From contig CATNEN010000008.1 of NCBI GenBank assembly GCA_950097015.1, positions 3,472,001 through 3,536,000 on the forward strand: a DNA stretch of 64,000 nt, given 5' to 3'. Under the pieces are notes generated by a model, which saw only the letters and a program-made list of their open reading frames with translations, ran no database searches and was not told the DNA's origin. Position 1 is the first letter of the stretch. Every line of letters begins with the position of its first letter. Source of the stretch: Macrostomum hystrix. Lineage: Eukaryota > Animalia > Platyhelminthes. Position numbers and translations under genes: made by a program. Shown piece by piece: positions 57,646-64,000 of the stretch.

Positions 57646-57780
57646 GTCTGGCTTTGTGATTAAATAGTGCGCCTTTAACTAGACCAAGAGAGTCTTTGTT
57701 AACTTTGTTATTGGAGCTGAAATAATGATCTACAGTTTAGATTTTTATGGGCGAGATAAAAACGGTAAAAATCTGTATTG

Positions 57781-58327
57781 CAGAAAGCAGAAAGTGGCAG
57801 GGCACAGGCAGAAAGTGGCAGGGCACAGGCAGAAAGTGGCAGGGCACAGGCAGAAAGTGGCAGGGCACAGGCAGAAAGTGGCAGGGCACAGGCAGAAAGT
57901 GGCAGGGCACAGGCAGAAAGTGGCAGGGCACAGGCAGAAAGTGGCAGGGCACAGGCAGAAAGTGGTAGGGCACAGGCAGAAAGTGGCAGGGCACAGGCAG
58001 AAAGTGGCAGGGCACAGGCAGAAAGTGGCAGGGCACAGGCAGAAAGTGGCAGGGCACAGGCAGAAAGTGGCAGGGCACAGACGGAAAGTGGCAGGGCACA
58101 GACGGAAAGTGGTAGGACACAGTCAGAAAGTGGCACGGCAGAGACGGAAAGTGGCATAGGATAGATGGAAAGTGGCATAGGATAGATGGAAAGTGGCATA
58201 GGATAGATGGAAAGTGGCAGGGCATAGACAAAGTGGCAAGCGGGACAGACGGAAAGTGGCAGGGGACAGACGGAAAGTGGCAAGCGGGACAGACGGAAAG
58301 TGGCAGGGGACAGAGAGAAAGTGGCAG
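57781..58327. repeat. 21-bp minisatellite (GGCACAGGCAGAAAGTGGCAG) in the putative BTF3 5' UTR intron
   Basis: About 26 copies, degenerate toward 58327. Confidence 0.95.
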
Positions 58328-59446
58328 AGAGGATGGTGAATACTTTCAAAATGTCGTTATCAATTTAAATGATAATAAAATACTTGCAAGACACGTTTAG
58401 CGTGGAAAGTAAATGGTTTAAAATTGTGTATTTATAGCACAGAAACTTAAAGAAACTACACTTTGGTGTAAAAGGCCCTAAAGAGCTATTTTGTAAGCAC
58501 AGATAGACACTTCAGAATGCTTTGAGCTAAATTAAAGACATTTAACGCTATAAAGTTAAAATGCAATCGTTATTCATAATCCATCAGTTTTTCAGTCCTC
58601 CGTTCATCTTAGCTAGTCCAGGGTTGTCTAAAACAGTAAAACATGAAATAGGCAAATGTTAAATCAAGTCAAAAGTGTTGCTTCAAACATAAAAGTAATT
58701 AAACTAGAGTTAGAGAATCAGCTCTCATAACCTATATCACGGATGCCTGGACATGATACAACAAGCAAGCACTGACACATTCAGAATCATAGTTTGTTTC
58801 AAACAAAATTAATAAAAAACTATTACGCCAATTGAAATCTATGTAAATTCAAACAAAATTAATAAAATAATAATTATTATTACTAAACATATGACCCCAA
58901 AATATATCAGGCTGCAAGGTGTCACTCCGGCTTCAAATTTGGTTTAGTCATCATTTTATCAATCGATAGTTGCTGATGCTGTACAAAATAGTACAGATTA
59001 AACAACTTACTACTACGAGTACATACCTTGGGTAGTTAGTAGTACATGTTTCTGAAATCAAAGGAAAATAAGAAACACTTGTAAATATTATTTACAAAAA
59101 ATTAGCTACATACGTAAATAAAATTTAACAAATGAAAGTCAGATCTCATAACCTGTTTCATAGATTTGTCCTTCTGGGCCTTGAAATTCAGTAACTACGA
59201 GCTACATATATTTTATATAAATAATGAAAAAATACATATTGTTAGAAAATAATAAAACTGTAAAGAAATTAAGCAAAGAATCTCATAGAAACTATAATTA
59301 AAAACGAGTTTATAAAAAAACTTAAGACTCAATTGCCCCGACCGACAAGTTGATCAAATTTGTGTTTGTCATCATTCGAAATCATAAACAACACTATGTG
59401 AATGCAAATTAGTTATTGAATTAATAATAAGATTCGCGACACTTAC

Positions 59447-59491
59447 CTGCTTAATAGAATGGACTCGCCAACAAAGCAGCTTAAAGCACGG
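59447..59491 (-). other. Putative 45-nt non-coding exon (BTF3 5' UTR)
   Basis: Flanked by TTTTTTTTCAG| and |GTAAGT; the next acceptor is ATTATTTCAG| at 57717/57716, 71 nt before the BTF3 ATG. Confidence 0.55.
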
Positions 59492-59970
59492 CTGAAAAAA
59501 AATGATATTGCATATATACAAAAATTCAATAGAACAAGTAGATTTCTAAACTAATCTACTTTCCAATCAATTAACCAATAAAAGCTAAGATAGTCGAAAG
59601 CAGAAAGCAAAGACCAACAGTGAGCTTTTGTTGATGTTTTTATATTTTTATAGAAACTAAACATGGCCACACGACGTTATATATCATTTATTAGGGCCAA
59701 GTAGCAGTTTAAAGATGATTTTGCTAAGCCTATGCAATAACAATGATCTAACAAGTGACATAAGGAGGCCAGAGGTGGGGAACTTTTTACCATAGATAGG
59801 TTGGTGCTTGCTCAGTAATGATTTCAAAGCTTGGGTTTTTGTATTGATCTAAACTTAACTAATTACAATTAAAATTGGGAGTCATATTCTACTATCGCTA
59901 CTTACTTTACATAAGTAGTTAGATTAGCTAATAAAGTCTGAAATTGGTTTTTAACAGAAAAAACGATGAA

Positions 59971-60192
59971 TCACTTTAGTCGCTCCTCTTCAAGGCGATC
60001 CATTTCGGCGAACTTTCTACCATAGAATGGGATGTAGCGATTGGTGACTCGCCAGTCGCTAACGAATAGCAGCAGTATAACAGCGGAGGCTGCATAGGCG
60101 CCAACAGTGGCTGACCAATTAGAGACAGCCTCTAGGCGCCTGGGTGTGATGTACTGTGGCGCTTTCACAAACTGGCGGCCAAGGAATTTCAT
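59971..60192 (-). CDS. UQCR11: Cytochrome b-c1 complex subunit 10 (UQCR11/Qcr10-like), single coding exon, 73 aa
   Basis: NWSATVGAYAASAVILLLFVSDWRVTNRYIPFYGRKF matches the family pattern (W..T..., hydrophobic helix, DW...L..IP...GKF). Confidence 0.82.
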   Translation of the reverse strand: MKFLGRQFVKAPQYITPRRLEAVSNWSATVGAYAASAVILLLFVSDWRVTNRYIPFYGRKFAEMDRLEEERLK

Positions 60193-60594
60193 TCTTCTCT
60201 AATCCTAACTAGGATATTGGACTGGTTCACAATTGCTTAATATGTTCTGTCCTTTTTGTTTACGAATGCTCAATTAGAGCACAGCTGAAAATTTGTAATA
60301 AGGAGTTATACAAAGAAAGAAACTTAAAGAAAAGAAAGTTTAATTGAATAAGCTAATGAACGTAGCAAAACACGTTAGCGAGGATATTGACATTGGGGTA
60401 GACTATCAGCTAAGTAGTCAGGGTATACAGTTAGCTTAGTAGTATGCATTTTAATTAAAATAACTATAAGGCATATATATATTTGAACAAACAGAATTTG
60501 ATACCAAAAGCAATATCACTATAAACACAACCACCAGCTATAACCTTAAGTCACAAAGACATTGATAAGGTATTGTAAAGTATAGTAATTGAGA

Positions 60595-61260
60595 TGATAA
60601 TCCAAAACCTAGATAAAATAATATAGAACCTTGGTAGGATAATCCACAACCTAGATAGAATAATCTAGTAATCCAAAACCCAGATGGTATAATCCAGAAC
60701 CTAGATACAATAATCTAGTAATCCAAAACCCAGATGGTATAATCCAGAACCTAGATAAAATAATATAGAACCTTGGTAGGATAATCCACAACCTAGATAG
60801 AATAATCTAGTAATCCGAAACCCAGATGGTATAATCCAGAACCTAGATACAATAATCTAGAATCCAGATAAGATAATCCAGAACCTAGATATGATAATCT
60901 AACATCTAGATAAGATAATCCAGAACCTAGGTATGATAATCTAACATCTAGATAAGATAATCCAGAACCTAGATATGATAATCTAACATCTAGATACAAT
61001 AATCCAGAACCTAGATATGATAATCTAACATCTAGATAAGATAATTCAGAACCTAGATATGAAAATCTAAAATCTAGATAACACAATTCAGAACCTAGAT
61101 ATGATAATCCAGAACCTAGATATGATAATCTAACATCTAGATAACACAATTCAGAACCTAGATATGATAATCCAGAACCTAGATATGATAATCCAAAACC
61201 TAGATCGGATAATCCAGAACTTAGATACAATAATCAAGAATCCAGATTAGATTCGAGAAT
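60595..61260. repeat. 21-bp minisatellite (GATAATCCAGAACCTAGATAT) upstream of UQCR11
   Basis: About 30 degenerate copies, with a 120-bp higher-order duplication at its left end. Confidence 0.9.
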
Positions 61261-64000
61261 CCAGACCTCCTGCAGCCATCATTGGTGGATTGGGTTCAAG
61301 ATCAGCAAGATGCTGCGGCACTGTCAGGGCAGTTTGCCCATCACTTCAAGTTCAGCAACAGCATTTAAGTTAAGAGCTTTGGCAAGGATGCCGGCTGGTT
61401 GTCTGGTACTGTGGTTTCTATGGCCCAGTGCAACTATGATGTCTATGTTAGCAATAGCATTGTACAATGCCACATGCCATCATTCCATCTGCCACCATCA
61501 ACTCCAGTCCATGCCACTCAGCTAGGGCCGCTGCACCATCAATTATGTCAGCCTGAGGTTGAGCCTAGAACAGACCTGGTACCAGTGGTATCAAATGTGG
61601 CTAGTGGTATTTCCAATGCTCTGGACTTGGCATCATTGGAACCAGCAGCAGCTACTGAGCCTCTGGCCAGCTTGGTGAAGCACTACCCAGAGCAGATTTG
61701 AAATTGGCCAGACAGGTTGCAGCTTGAAGTTGACTGATCGATGATTTTGCACTAGTGACTGACACAATCTGAATATTCACATTTGCTGCTATTCTATACT
61801 ATTTGCTCCTACTATTATCCATTGCTATTTGTATATTTCTAGTTCTATTGCTGCTCATATTTGCATCAAACTCCCTTGAGGATGAAAATGTGAAAGCTCT
61901 GCTGCTTAAAAATATTATTACTCTTCATTAGTGCAATACTGCACATTTGAGCACATTGTCAATTTATTACTTGCCCATCCTAGCCAGTATGTACATTGAT
62001 ACTGCTCAAATAATATATGTACATTTATGCCAATGTGCAGATAAAATAATGTATATATATGTGACCCACACCATATACAAGTGCAATCGTGTACCTTTCT
62101 GACAATTCAACTACTGAGAGACTCACTCAATTCTTCACAAAATGCTGTATGTCTAATTTCCAGCTCAATAAATTATATATCCCATTGCTAAGCCTAGGCT
62201 CTTCTCTGTTAAACCTCTCAAATCCAATAATTCTAATAAATCCAATGATCTGAAACATTTCTCAAATATACATTTGTGGACACTGTGGACATTTGATATT
62301 TAACATGAAATATGCCCAAAACAAACAAATATAAAGGTAAATAATAATGATGGCTTTTTAAACTCAAGTTGCTCAACCTTTCCTCTCTTTTGTAAAAAAC
62401 TGATTTTGTCAATTGGGAGTAGTATCAACCATAACCAAGATGAATCACATTATGTCAAGCATGCCACAGCATTGTCAATGATAGCATTTAGTCAAATAAC
62501 TATTTATATACTGACATTGATATAGGATGCACGATATGATATGAAACCATACAAATAACCAAATGGTTAGCTATATAGGGGCCTAGTGACTACAAATTAC
62601 AAAATGGATATACATATGGGGACTATGATAAAAAACAAAGGAATGTTGAAGTCTCAAGAATTATTATAGGAATTGGCTTGTTAAAAGTGTTTAAATTTGA
62701 GCTTTGGGGCTGGGGCAGAATTAATTTTAATTATATGGCAGAAAAATACTTGTTTATTCTGCCCAAAAAATTTTATACATTAACTGAAAGCTGACTCACA
62801 TTTATATTTCTGCTTGTACCTTAAGTGTTTTGCACCATCTCCCATACATTAATTTCTCTTCACTTTATACTAAATAAAAAATTCAAACTAATGAGTAACC
62901 CAGAGTGTGATTTCGCATTTTGTCAACAAACTCCTTAGAAAAAATCAATTGAGTTCTGTGAATTAAATTATAGTCTAATACTTCTGTCACTAGAGAGCCA
63001 TGTCTCAGCCTAGCTGCATTTCAAATTATGCCATTTATCAAAATATCATTTTGTATACAAAATCAGGATACTAAGCTAGGCCCTACTAACTAATTCCAGT
63101 TTCTCCTAATTTGCACTTTGCAGCACTGCAAATTTAGACAAATACACAGATGCAACATGTAGGCCAACATACATATTTTGTGCAGACAATGCTTGGGCCA
63201 TGCCCATATGCCTATACCCATTTTGGCCATGTTGAAGCATTACTAGGTCTAGGTCATATGCGAGAAAATAGGTTGTCAAAAGACGTAGTTATTCTGGAAT
63301 ATAAGCCAAACTTTTTATATTGATAGCCAAAATTATTATTAATGCAATAGGCCTTTGCTAATTAGTAATAATGCATAGGGCCTAGGCCCCTACTAGCTCT
63401 ATAAAATCACTGACATAGCAGCATCCCCTAGATATGCAAGTGACACCGTCACACTCGTCTCCCTCACAAAGGTGGTTGGCAGCGCTCACGAGATATACTC
63501 ATTCCTTTAAGTGCATACCACAACACACCAATTCGAGTTGTCGTCTCCATTCGTCCGCCAGTCACAGTTACTAGAAAAATAATTAATGTCGCGACGTAAA
63601 TAATTTTCATTTTAAATAAAGATTAAGCGTGGTGCAAATCAATGCCGCTAATAAAACTAGGACAAAAATACTCCTTGGATTTTTACGCAAAAAAACATAT
63701 TTTTGTCATAAAAAGCGATTTTTTTTAGTTTTTTTGTTGTAAGTGATATACCATTTTAATTTCAATTTTATCCACACGGATCCGTGCCGATAATTTTCTG
63801 CTTATCCACACGGCAGCTTGTATGAAGAGGTGTAAAACTCTTTATATAAATATTGTTATTATTATTATTATTATTATTAATGCCGTGCCGTTAATTTCGA
63901 TTTTATCCACTCGGTTCTGTTCTCTGAAACAAGGCTCTTTCGGGTTTGAACGTTTTGTTGAACCCTCGAGCCAATAGATTGACAAAGTTGCTAGTGTGTT

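Noticed and set aside
63768-63830. TTATCCACA as bacterial DnaA boxes (oriC)
   Set aside because: The sequence is eukaryotic; two 9-mer matches with no bacterial context.

Overview
Eukaryotic (animal) genomic DNA with GC-rich exons and minisatellite-filled introns. It is most likely the flatworm Macrostomum lignano, inferred from the genome style and from a near-match to its spliced leader as I recall it. Positions 223-47333 are a four-unit tandem duplication with an identical junction. Each unit holds the last four exons of a class I myosin (MYO1D/Myo31DF-like, + strand) and the last ~200 bp of the convergent KRI1 gene. The two inner units carry the same intact 7850-bp Ty3/Gypsy LTR retrotransposon at the same site (GAAT TSD, tRNA-Lys PBS, gag, -1 frameshift, pol); the two outer units have the empty site. 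Positions 47135-60192 contain three complete minus-strand housekeeping genes, KRI1 (5 exons), BTF3 (2 coding exons) and UQCR11, possibly an SL-resolved operon. The most notable observation is a 45-46 nt hairpin in every LTR, in the predicted R region, that closely resembles the host spliced-leader exon. About 110 nt downstream come a strong 5' splice site, an Sm-like site and a UUCG hairpin, which suggests leader capture or mimicry by a retrotransposon. Second, the two introns flanking an in-frame IQ-motif micro-exon of the myosin carry mutually complementary minisatellites that could loop it out. All coordinates and comparisons were made by eye; no searches were run.
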